Positions 46,690 through 55,517 of a stretch of 64,000 nucleotides of DNA are shown piece by piece. The number at the start of each line of letters is the position of its first letter. Position 1 is the stretch's first letter. Made by a program: the position numbers and the translations under genes. The DNA comes from a bacterium. GTDB taxonomy: Bacteria; UBA8248. Location of the stretch: the NCBI GenBank assembly GCA_965204535.1, contig CBDBEV010000001.1, forward strand, positions 2,304,001 to 2,368,000. The letters run 5' to 3'. The notes under the pieces were generated by a model. The model was not told the origin of the DNA. It made no database searches and saw only the letters and a list, made by a program, of their open reading frames with translations.

Positions 46690-47568
46690 TCACCTTTTTT
46701 TTCTTAATTCCTTGGCCATTAACGTCGCGTTTTGCGGAACCAGGTTTGAGCGAAACCAATTCCGGTATTCATCCATGTGAACGCTCGGAACCGCCTTCGC
46801 GGTGGTTCGATGTTTTTTCAGGGCTGCGGCGGTGCGCGAGCGTAATTTCGTCATATAGCCCCTGAATTCATCCCATACCTTTGAGGCGGGCTGAGTGGGA
46901 ATGGGTCCATGCCCGGGGACGAGGAACTTGGCGGGAAATTTCTTTAGTCTCGGGATCGCATCTATCCAGTTGCCGAAATTCCCCAGTCTCGCCACGGGGT
47001 GGGTTCGATAATCGAGCAGGTCTCCCGTGAAGAGAATTTTCTCCTCCGGCATCCACACAACGGTGTCTCCCTTTGTATGACAGTGACCAATGTGGGCCAT
47101 CTCGAATAATCGCCCGCCGTAGCGGATGGAAATTTCGCCTTTGAACGTCACCATGGGCGGTGCGACGTGAAGCTTGTCAATCAGGTGCTCCACTTTTTGC
47201 GGCCTTCCCGCCATTTGCTTCACCCAGATGCCCTCGTTCTCCTCTCGTTCCATCTCCAAACGCACGTTTTGCTCACCGACGGAAACGGCCCCTCGCTTGT
47301 GGTAGTAACCGTTATCGGAGGTGTGGTCGAAATTGTGGTGGGTATTGAGCACTAGACCAGGCGATTTTTGCATGATTTCTTTCATTCCGGACACAAAAGC
47401 CTTTCGTATACGGATGTCGTTATCAACGATGACGGGTTTTTCGTTCGTAAGAACGAGGCCGAAATTCGTGCCTCCGTCTCCTCCAATGAAAATATGCACA
47501 CCCTCTGCAATTTCGACGAACCCTTGGGTTTTTGCCGGACCTGGCAATGCCTTTACACTACGTGCCAT
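46690..47568 (-). CDS. Metallo-beta-lactamase fold hydrolase (cyclase-like)
   Basis: NTHHNFDH, HTKGD, FTGD, VPGHG. Confidence 0.88.
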   Translation of the reverse strand: MARSVKALPGPAKTQGFVEIAEGVHIFIGGDGGTNFGLVLTNEKPVIVDNDIRIRKAFVSGMKEIMQKSPGLVLNTHHNFDHTSDNGYYHKRGAVSVGEQNVRLEMEREENEGIWVKQMAGRPQKVEHLIDKLHVAPPMVTFKGEISIRYGGRLFEMAHIGHCHTKGDTVVWMPEEKILFTGDLLDYRTHPVARLGNFGNWIDAIPRLKKFPAKFLVPGHGPIPTQPASKVWDEFRGYMTKLRSRTAAALKKHRTTAKAVPSVHMDEYRNWFRSNLVPQNATLMAKELRKKR

Positions 47569-47690
47569 TGGTTTCTCCTTGCGGGGGCAGCGATGATGAC
47601 GATATCTTTATGGAAATCTAAGCCAAGGTAGCAGAGTGCTTTTGAAGCAACAATATCGAGAATAAAATTTTCATAAATGAGACTCCTGAT

Positions 47691-48896
47691 ATGAATCCTT
47701 ATTCTGCATTCATAGGACTTGAGTGTTCAAAAACCGGAGAACAATTCGAACCCGGCGGCCTGATGAATCTAAGCCCCTGCGGTGCTCCGTTGCTGGCGCA
47801 ATATGACACCGAAGCCGCAGCGCTGACTTTGGACATCAAGAATATGGTGGGTCGCGCTCATTCCATGTGGCGTTACCATGAAATGCTCCCGGCTCCCGAT
47901 GAGGATGCCATCGTTACGCTCGGCGAAGGCATGACACCCTTGTTGAGGGCGCGTAGTTTTGAAAAAGTTTTGGGACTTTCCTGCCTGTTCGTGAAAGATG
48001 AGGGTTTGAATCCGACGGGAAGTTTCAAGTCCAGGGGATTGTCCGTTGCGATCACGATGGCGCGGCATCTGGGCGCGAAAAAAATCGCCATACCAACGGC
48101 CGGCAACGCTGGCGGTGCGGCGGCAGCTTACGCTTCACGAGCGGGAATCGAAGCGTCTGTGTTTGTCCCCGAGGAAGCGCCGAGCGTGCATAAAGTAGAA
48201 TGTGCGTTGGCGGGGGCCGATGTGACCGTTGTTCGCGGCTATATACATCATTGCGCTGAAATCGTGGCGCAAAGAACTCCGACGGAAGGTTGGTTCGAAT
48301 TGTCAACGTTCAAGGAGCCCTATCGAGCCGAAGGTAAAAAAACCATGGCTTATGAACTCGTCGAACAATTCGGCGGCGATGTCCCTGATGTGATTCTTTA
48401 CCCCACAGGGGGCGGGACGGGATTGGTGGCGATGTGGCGCGCCTTTGGCGAACTCGAGGCGTTGGGCTGGATTGGCGAAAAAAGACCTCGCATGATTTGC
48501 GTTCAAGCCGAGGGCTGCGCACCGATCGTGCGGGCATATGAGAACGGCGATGAAGTTTCGTCCCTGTGGGATAATCCGACGACGGTGGTATCCGGCTTGC
48601 GCGCGCCGAAGGTGCTGGCGGATTTTCTGTGCCTTCGGACCATACGAGAAAGTGGAGGCACAGCGATTGCTGTTTCGGATGAAATGATGTTCGAGGCGCA
48701 AAGAAAAGTGGGTGCTTCCGAGGGGATTCTTATCTGTCCGGAAGGCGGGGCATGTATTGCGGCCTTGGAAGTTTTGGTTGAGCAAGGTGCCATCGGACGC
48801 GATGAACGTATCGTGACGTTTAATACAGCCACAGGCTTAAAATATGCAGATATGGTAGAAACGGAGGTCTCTGTTATCGACCCGCTTTCAGCGTAG
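47691..48896 (+). CDS. thrC: Threonine synthase
   Basis: LGEGMTPL, NPTGSFKSR, PTAGNAG, EGKKT, PTGGGTG, GLKY. Confidence 0.85.
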   Translation: MNPYSAFIGLECSKTGEQFEPGGLMNLSPCGAPLLAQYDTEAAALTLDIKNMVGRAHSMWRYHEMLPAPDEDAIVTLGEGMTPLLRARSFEKVLGLSCLFVKDEGLNPTGSFKSRGLSVAITMARHLGAKKIAIPTAGNAGGAAAAYASRAGIEASVFVPEEAPSVHKVECALAGADVTVVRGYIHHCAEIVAQRTPTEGWFELSTFKEPYRAEGKKTMAYELVEQFGGDVPDVILYPTGGGTGLVAMWRAFGELEALGWIGEKRPRMICVQAEGCAPIVRAYENGDEVSSLWDNPTTVVSGLRAPKVLADFLCLRTIRESGGTAIAVSDEMMFEAQRKVGASEGILICPEGGACIAALEVLVEQGAIGRDERIVTFNTATGLKYADMVETEVSVIDPLSA

Positions 48897-48908
48897 GATG
48901 AACGGCAA

Positions 48909-49337
48909 ATGATTGAGATAACAAGGCGAGAGGAATTCTCCGCGGCGCACCGGTTGTTTCGTTCCGATTGGAGCGATGAGCGGAATGAGGCCATGTATGG
49001 AAAATGCGCGAATCCGCACTATCATGGCCACAATTATGTTTTTGAAGTAACCCTGCGATGCCGCGTAAACCCAGAAACGGGGATGGCTTATAATCTGGCC
49101 GATTTGAAAGAGCTCATGAGCCGGGAAGTCGTAGAAGCGCTCGATCACAAGAATTTGAACGAAGATGCTATGGATTTCATGAAAAACAGGATCCCCACGG
49201 CGGAGAACATAGCGATTTCGATTTGGGAGTGTTTGGCGGAATATATAGACACGGAAATTCTTTTTCGCGTTCGCTTGTATGAAAACGAGCGAAATTTCGT
49301 GGATTATTATGGAGAAAGTTCCGATGGCGTTCGGTGA
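48909..49337 (+). CDS. 6-pyruvoyl tetrahydropterin synthase (COG0720; C-X5-HGH, PTPS-II type)
   Basis: FSAAHRL...GKCANPHYHGHNY, DHKNLN, PTAEN, LYE. Confidence 0.88.
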   Translation: MIEITRREEFSAAHRLFRSDWSDERNEAMYGKCANPHYHGHNYVFEVTLRCRVNPETGMAYNLADLKELMSREVVEALDHKNLNEDAMDFMKNRIPTAENIAISIWECLAEYIDTEILFRVRLYENERNFVDYYGESSDGVR

Positions 49338-50055
49338 ACCGAGAAATCTGGAGAAAAGAAGAATCGTTCTCACCGGGGCTTCTCGGGGAATTGGCCGTGT
49401 GAGCGCGCTTCGTCTCGCAAAAGCGGGAGCGAAAGTCCTTGCCGTTTCGAGGGATGCCGATGCCTTGGCGAGATTGGCTTTTGATTCAAAAGAGTACGTG
49501 GGGCAGATTTTTCCGCACAGTTGCGACGTGACGAAAGCCGACGAAGTGGAAGCACTTGGCGAAATGGCTGAAAAACGACTGGAGGGCGTGGACGCCCTGA
49601 TAAACAATGCGGGTTCAGGAGTTTTCAAGGATATCGAAAGCCTCTCGGTGGGTGAATTTAACGCTACGGTTTCAGTGTGTCTCACCGCCCCTTTCATGTT
49701 GACGCGGGCGCTATGTTCCATGTTGGAATCGGCGAATGGCGATATCATAAATATATCTTCTATTAGCGCTGTATCGGGATTTCCGGGAGCGTCGGCATAT
49801 TGTGCCGCAAAAGCCGGTCTTGAGGGGCTCTCCAGAGCATTGGTCGAAGAATTGAGGCCCAAAGGGATACGCCTTACCATCCTCCGGCCCGGAGCCTGCG
49901 CAACGGACATGTGGAAATCCATTCCGGGGGAGTTCGATTTTGAGGCGATGATCCCTCCTGAACTGGTGGCGGAAACCATAGAGTTTTTGCTCTCTCAATC
50001 CCGCAGGGCTTGGACGGAATCGATGGTGGTTCTTCCCCCCGAAGGCACGGTTTAG
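49324..50055 (+). CDS. SDR oxidoreductase
   Basis: TGASRGIG, NNAG, SS, YCAAK; overlaps the PTPS gene. Confidence 0.9.
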   Translation: MAFGEPRNLEKRRIVLTGASRGIGRVSALRLAKAGAKVLAVSRDADALARLAFDSKEYVGQIFPHSCDVTKADEVEALGEMAEKRLEGVDALINNAGSGVFKDIESLSVGEFNATVSVCLTAPFMLTRALCSMLESANGDIINISSISAVSGFPGASAYCAAKAGLEGLSRALVEELRPKGIRLTILRPGACATDMWKSIPGEFDFEAMIPPELVAETIEFLLSQSRRAWTESMVVLPPEGTV

Positions 50056-50261
50056 CCAATTCCCTCTTTTTCCTGGGAATCTGTTGGGCCGCGCGGGGCA
50101 TCGTCCAAAATGCAACACAAAAAGTGTCGAAGGCGCTTGTTTAACGGGGTGAAAAAGGGTAATAAATTTGCCGCTGTCCCTTGGCGAATGGGAGTTCGCA
50201 GCATTTCCTGTGAGTGTGCGATCTCGAAATTTTTTTCATCATTTCTTCAGGAGGTTGGTCG

Positions 50262-50561
50262 TTGAGCATTATTCGATATGAAAATCTCGATGTCGAATAT
50301 GAAACGGAGACCGGAGGTTCCATTCTTGATGCAGATTTGGATAACGGCATCGATCATACCTGCGATTGCGGCGGCAATTGCGCCTGTTCCACTTGTAAGA
50401 TTGTCGTGATTTCTGGAGCCGAACTACTCTCTCCACAACAGGAAGACGAAAAAGATACGCTGGATGCCTATGGATGGAATCCGGATGAATATCGTCTGGC
50501 TTGTCAATGTGTCGTCGAAGGAGAGGGCCGGATCGTATTGAATATGCCTGAACCCGAATAA
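50262..50561 (+). CDS. 2Fe-2S ferredoxin
   Basis: CGGNCACSTC...RLACQC; TTG 50262 with AGGAGG RBS. Confidence 0.88.
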   Translation: MSIIRYENLDVEYETETGGSILDADLDNGIDHTCDCGGNCACSTCKIVVISGAELLSPQQEDEKDTLDAYGWNPDEYRLACQCVVEGEGRIVLNMPEPE

Positions 50562-50579
50562 AATTTAGCGCGTCGGTTT

Positions 50580-51215
50580 TCAAGTTTTGTTCCATGCGCG
50601 AACCACCGAATCGAAATCAACCATACCCTCACGCAAGAGTTTTGGCTTCTCGCCTCTCGCGTCCACGATGGTGGAAGGCCGTGTGTTTTCAAGTCTTCCG
50701 CCGTCCAGAACCAGCCCTACCTCGTTTTGAAATCGGGATAGAATTTCCTGTGCGCTTTGGAGAGGAGGCTCGCCGGATATGTTCGCGCTCGTCGCCACGA
50801 ACGGACCGAAGGACATGGCCAGGATGCGGCATAGCGCTTGATCGGGCATGCGAATGGCGACGGACGAACCCTCTCCGGTCAGCAGGGTGGACAGAAAGGG
50901 GGATGCCGGCAGCGCCAGGGTCAAACCCGAAGGCCAAAGAGAATCCATCAGGGCCAAGGCGCGTCGCGGGATGTCGCAGGCGACTCTTTTCAACTGATAG
51001 AGGCCCCCGATGAGAACGGGCGCGCCTTTCTCGTCTTTTCTCCCCTTGGCTTCATAGAGTTTCTCGATGGCTTCGGGGTCGAAAGCGTAGGCGCACAGCC
51101 CGTAAATCGTATCCGTGGGCAAAGCGACGATGTTTCCCGCCTTCAGTTCTTCGCCGGTCTGTAGAATTATTTCTTTTTCTGGTGAATCAGGGTCCACCGG
51201 GAGGATTTTGCTCAC
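50580..51215 (-). CDS. tsaC: L-threonylcarbamoyladenylate synthase (YrdC/Sua5)
   Basis: PTDTIYGL, KGR, AIRMP, TSANISG, PSTIVD, LLREG. Confidence 0.92.
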   Translation of the reverse strand: MSKILPVDPDSPEKEIILQTGEELKAGNIVALPTDTIYGLCAYAFDPEAIEKLYEAKGRKDEKGAPVLIGGLYQLKRVACDIPRRALALMDSLWPSGLTLALPASPFLSTLLTGEGSSVAIRMPDQALCRILAMSFGPFVATSANISGEPPLQSAQEILSRFQNEVGLVLDGGRLENTRPSTIVDARGEKPKLLREGMVDFDSVVRAWNKT

Positions 51216-51218
51216 CGT

Positions 51219-51848
51219 CTATTTTTTCCGATACGTTCTTTTGGCGCGGCTCCGCTTGGGTCTTGTTTTTTGCCCGGAACTTTTTCTGGCGTCATTTTGT
51301 GGTTGTTTCGAACCGTCTTTTTGTGTTCGGGCGGGTGGCGGAGAAATTTCCTTCTGCAGTTCGGCGTCTGCAATCAGAACCTTCTCGGTTTGTTGTTGCG
51401 CGAAACGCCGGTATTCCTTCGCCAGTTTCGGATCGGTCAAGGCGAGGATTCGGGCGGCGTGAAGGGCCGCATTCCTCGCGCCGGGACCGCCGATTCCCAT
51501 CGTCGCCACGGGAATCCCAGGGGGCATTTGCACTGTCGAGAGGAGAGAATCGAGCCCGCCGAGTGAGGAGCTGTCGATGGGAACGCCTATTACGGGCAGA
51601 TCCGTAGCGGCTCCGACGACGCCCGCCAGGTGCGCCGACATGCCCGCGCCCGCGATCAACACCCGGATTCCGCGCTCGGGCGCCAGTTTGACGTATTCGT
51701 GTACGGCGTCGGGCGTGCGGTGAGCCGATAATACTCTCATCTCGGAGGGAATGTTGAAGGTTTCCAGCGCCTTCGTGGCTTCTTCCATCACCGGTTTATC
51801 CGATGCGCTTCCCATCAGTATCCCGACCAGGGGTGCTCTTGTGGCCAA
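51219..51848 (-). CDS. purE: N5-CAIR mutase with basic C-terminal extension
   Basis: MGSASD, SAHRTP, AGAGMSAHL, PVIGVP, VQMPPGIPVAT. Confidence 0.95.
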   Translation of the reverse strand: MATRAPLVGILMGSASDKPVMEEATKALETFNIPSEMRVLSAHRTPDAVHEYVKLAPERGIRVLIAGAGMSAHLAGVVGAATDLPVIGVPIDSSSLGGLDSLLSTVQMPPGIPVATMGIGGPGARNAALHAARILALTDPKLAKEYRRFAQQQTEKVLIADAELQKEISPPPARTQKDGSKQPQNDARKSSGQKTRPKRSRAKRTYRKK

Positions 51849-51863
51849 AAGGTTCTCCTAATT

Positions 51864-52253
51864 TTATTGGGGGATGAACGCGAGCAGTTCGATTTCGAGT
51901 TTTGCGCCCGCGATGATTTTCGCCGCCTGAAACGTCGTTCGCGCCGGGGGGTCTTCCGTCCCGAAGTACTCCTCGAACACGGCGTTCATTTCCCCCAGAT
52001 CCGCCAAATCTTCCATGAAAATGGTCACTTTTACGGCGTTTTTGAGCGCCGTGCCGCCCGCCTCGCAAACCGCCTTCAGATTCTCGATGACTTGCCGCGT
52101 CTGCTCGGCCACGCCGCCCGGGACTAGTTCCCCCGTCTTAGGGTCGAGGGGCAGCTGCCCCGAGCAGTGAAGCCACTCCCCCGCCTGAACCGCCTGGGAG
52201 AGCGGCACCTTGCCCGATGCGGCCTTGTCCGTATGAACCACTCTTTTCTTCAT
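51864..52253 (-). CDS. RidA/YjgF family protein
   Basis: SQAV, SGQLP, NAVFEEYF, PARTT, EIE; ATG 52253 with GGAGG RBS. Confidence 0.9.
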   Translation of the reverse strand: MKKRVVHTDKAASGKVPLSQAVQAGEWLHCSGQLPLDPKTGELVPGGVAEQTRQVIENLKAVCEAGGTALKNAVKVTIFMEDLADLGEMNAVFEEYFGTEDPPARTTFQAAKIIAGAKLEIELLAFIPQ

Positions 52254-52358
52254 GATCCCTCCTGTGCGCCTGAAGCGTGACGCCCCATCAAAACACAAAA
52301 CGAGGCCCGTGGGTATCTTTCGCGGCGTCTTTCGATATGCGCGAGATAACTTCATGTT

Positions 52359-52434
52359 TATCAATTGGTTGCAATGCTTCGCGCGCCGCTCTAAGGGCGA
52401 GGCTCCCCCGCAATTGCCCGCATTTGTCGTTATC
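52359..52434 (+). promoter_or_regulatory. Candidate att-like junction: IHF consensus site plus tandem decamer repeats
   Basis: TATCAATTGGTTG (52359-52371) matches the IHF consensus WATCAANNNNTTR; CCCCCGCAATTGCCCGCATT (52405-52424) is identical to 7036-7055; about 320 bp upstream of integrase 1. Confidence 0.45.
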
Positions 52435-52749
52435 GCGTGAGGCGCGAGCATGGCAGAATTCCTCTGTGCCGCGACCCGGCTGCGTCATTTCCCGAGAATT
52501 TAATTTTCATTTATTTATCGAAAGACACGTTCATAGTCCCACCCTATAGACAATCGTACGACTGGATACCCACAAGCACGATAAACCACTGTATTAAAAG
52601 CAGTAGTTATCATACTTTCTTTTTCGCCTCCCCTTGCACTTACGTCATATTTACGCTATAACGGACGCATATTTGATGCCGGACGTATGCGATTTGATTA
52701 CGGATCGTCCATATCCTCCGGCCCGTGACACGATTTCCTGGGAGTGCCC

Positions 52750-53931
52750 ATGCCCAAAAGAAGCGAACGCAAGCTTACCAAACGCGTCGTCGACGCGCTA
52801 TCCGTCGAGACGAACGACGCCGTCTTCTGGGACCGGGAGCTGGCGGGTTTCGGGGTGCGGGTATACGCCACGGGCCGGAAGGTCTACGTGGTGCAGTCAC
52901 GGGGTCCGTGGGGTCCCAAACGCGTGGCGCTGGGCAAACACGGCGAGATGTCCACTGATGAGGCGAGGAAGACGGCGGCCGGCGTCATCGACCGCATCAA
53001 GCGGGGGGAGGAGCCCGAGCCCGGGCCGCCCGAGGCCGCGCCCACGGTGGCGGGGCTTGCCGGGCGTTTCATGCGCGACCATGCCGAAACGCACTGCAAG
53101 CCCGACACCGTCAGACTGTACCGTTCCCTGCTCGGGAACCATGTCGTTCCGGCGCTGGGCGGGACCAGGCTCGCCGATGTCGGCCGGGCCGAAGTATCGG
53201 AGTTGCACCACCGGTTGTGTGAGACGCCCGCCGTGGCCAACGCGGTGGCGGGCCTTCTCTCCAGGATGTTCAAGATGGCCGAGGCGTGGGGACTGGTTCC
53301 GCCCGGGGAGAACCCCTGCCGGGGGGTGCGCCGCTACCGGACGCGCAAGCGGGAGCGATTCCTGACGCAAGAGGAGTTCCGCCGCCTGGGCCGGGCGCTC
53401 AGGGAGATCGAGGCCGAGGGGAATGCGTGGCCGGCCGCGGCCGCGGCGATCAGGCTCCTGGCGCTGACCGGGTGCAGGCGGGGCGAGATACTGGATCTCA
53501 GGTGGGACGACGTGGACCGCACGACGGGTGAACTCAGGCTCCGGGACGCCAAGGCGGGCCCGCGCATGGTGCCCCTGACCAAACCCGTATCGAAGGTGCT
53601 GGAGGGGATCCCCCGCTCGCCGGAGGACCCCTGGGTGATCTCCAGAGGGAACGGGAACGGCCGCCCGTTGAACCTCTCCTACTACTGGGAGGCCGTGAGG
53701 GAGCGGGCGGGGCTTCATGATGTCCGCATTCATGACCTCCGGCACTCGTACGCCAGCCGGGCGCTGGCGCTCGGCGAGAGTCTGCCGGCGATCGGCAGGC
53801 TGCTTGGACACCATCACGTGGTGAGCACGGCGCGCTACGCGCACCTGATGCGGGACGCCGAGAAGGCGGCGGCCGCCCGCGTGGGTGAGAGCATCGGCGT
53901 CCACGTCACGAACGGGAGGATGGAGCGATGA
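52750..53931 (+). CDS. Tyrosine recombinase/integrase with N-terminal arm-binding domain
   Basis: FWDRELAGFGVRV arm domain; catalytic R (TGCRRGE), K, HDLRH, LLGH, Y (TARYAH). Confidence 0.95.
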   Translation: MPKRSERKLTKRVVDALSVETNDAVFWDRELAGFGVRVYATGRKVYVVQSRGPWGPKRVALGKHGEMSTDEARKTAAGVIDRIKRGEEPEPGPPEAAPTVAGLAGRFMRDHAETHCKPDTVRLYRSLLGNHVVPALGGTRLADVGRAEVSELHHRLCETPAVANAVAGLLSRMFKMAEAWGLVPPGENPCRGVRRYRTRKRERFLTQEEFRRLGRALREIEAEGNAWPAAAAAIRLLALTGCRRGEILDLRWDDVDRTTGELRLRDAKAGPRMVPLTKPVSKVLEGIPRSPEDPWVISRGNGNGRPLNLSYYWEAVRERAGLHDVRIHDLRHSYASRALALGESLPAIGRLLGHHHVVSTARYAHLMRDAEKAAAARVGESIGVHVTNGRMER

Positions 53932-55094
53932 CGAAGCCCGCCATGAAAACGCTATCGAACCGGCTGGTGAGGAAACTCACGGTCGAGAAGGACACTGTCT
54001 TCTGGGACCGCGATCTGACCGGCTTCGGGGTGCGGGTCTATCCCACCGGCTCAAAAGTCTACATCGCCCAGGCGCGGGGTCCCGAGGGCCCCAAACGCGT
54101 GGCAGTGGGCCGCCACGGCGTTATCCATGCCGATGAGGCCAGGAAGCGCGCGGCGCTCGTCATCGCGCGCATCAAGGCGGGCGAGGAACCTGTGCCCGAG
54201 CCGATGAAGCCGGCCTGCGGTCCCACGGTGGCCGGGCTGGCGAAGCGCTATCTCGAAGAATACGTTTCCGTGCGGTGCAAGCCGCGCACCGTGAAGACGC
54301 TCCGCTCCGTGGTCGGCAGGAACGTCGTCCCGGCGCTGGGCGCAATGCCGATATCCGCGGTCGAGCGCAAACACGTGGCGGAACTCCACGGGCGGCTGAA
54401 CGCCACGCCCGCGGCGGCGAACAATGCCGTCCGGGCGCTGTCCGCGATGTACCGCCTCGCAGGTGAATGGGGTCTCGTGCCCGAGGGCATGAACCCGTGC
54501 CGCGCCATCGCCGAATACCCGGTCGGCCGGCGGGAGCGCTTCCTCACCGAGGCGGAATTCGACCGACTGGGACGCGCACTCGACAAAGTCGAGACGGAGG
54601 GCGGCGCGTCCGCGTCAGCCGTGGCCGCCATCCGTCTCCTGATGCTGACCGGGTGCCGGAAATCGGAGATCCTCACGCTGCGCTGGGAGGAGGTGGCGCT
54701 CGATCAAGCGGAACTGCGGCTCACCGACTCCAAGACGGGCGCGCGGGTCGTTTCGCTCTCGGAGCCCGCGGTGAAACTCCTCGCGGGTCTGCCGCGCACC
54801 CCCGGGGTCCCCTGGGTCATTCCCGGCAGGAAGCCGGGAACGCACCTCCGGAAGCTCGATGACGCCTGGCAGTCCGTCCGCTCGCGTGCTGGGCTCGCCG
54901 ACGTGCGGCTTCATGACCTGCGCCATTCGTTCGCATCGCGCGCTCTCGCGCTCGGCGAGGGACTTTCTGTGATAGGCAAACTCCTTGGCCACGCCAGGAT
55001 CGAGACCACTTCGCGCTACGCCCATCTTGCGCGCGATTCGGTGCACGAGTCCGCCGAGCGGATAGCGCAGAGCATCGCCGAAGACATGCTGTAG
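53928..55094 (+). CDS. Tyrosine recombinase/integrase, tandem paralogue
   Basis: Same architecture with all catalytic residues intact (TGCRKSE, DSKTG, HDLRH, LLGH, SRYAH); ATGA overlap. Confidence 0.95.
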   Translation: MTKPAMKTLSNRLVRKLTVEKDTVFWDRDLTGFGVRVYPTGSKVYIAQARGPEGPKRVAVGRHGVIHADEARKRAALVIARIKAGEEPVPEPMKPACGPTVAGLAKRYLEEYVSVRCKPRTVKTLRSVVGRNVVPALGAMPISAVERKHVAELHGRLNATPAAANNAVRALSAMYRLAGEWGLVPEGMNPCRAIAEYPVGRRERFLTEAEFDRLGRALDKVETEGGASASAVAAIRLLMLTGCRKSEILTLRWEEVALDQAELRLTDSKTGARVVSLSEPAVKLLAGLPRTPGVPWVIPGRKPGTHLRKLDDAWQSVRSRAGLADVRLHDLRHSFASRALALGEGLSVIGKLLGHARIETTSRYAHLARDSVHESAERIAQSIAEDML

Positions 55095-55294
55095 GCCACC
55101 GTGCGCAACTCCCGGGAAACCCGGCCGATGATGAACGGTTATCCTGTATCTCCATCCCCGGCCCCGAACGGGTCTTCTCCATCGCGTTTTCTCACGTTTT
55201 TCTGTCATACCCCTGCGCAGCGGAGCGTATCTGTGAGCGTATTCGGAACAATTCCGTAGGATATGAGCTATTAAAACCTGTTGCCGGCGACGCA

Positions 55295-55330
55295 TTTTCG
55301 TATTACATACGCATCGATGAATGCGATCGA
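55295..55330 (-). promoter_or_regulatory. Candidate MOBF oriT/nic site
   Basis: Minus strand reads CGCATT-CATC-GATGCG hairpin followed by TATGTAAT, resembling the R388-type layout (hairpin ending TGCG, then TATTGT); lies upstream of the coupling protein gene. Confidence 0.4.
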
Positions 55331-55517
55331 ATCCCGCACCGGGACCACCCCGGCCTGTCAATCGAGACGCAGCATCGAGACCCGGCTCGCAAGCCGTCCG
55401 GCACCATCGCCGGGGATCGGTTGGCCGAACGCGTCTCCACCCCACCCGGGAGAGGCCGGCAAGTGACTCCCGGAGGAAAATCACGGCTATCCATCAAATC
55501 CTGAAAGGGAGAACCGA

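Noticed and set aside
52254-52749. tRNA or dif site as the integration target
   Set aside because: No cloverleaf, T-arm or dif-like sequence recognisable.
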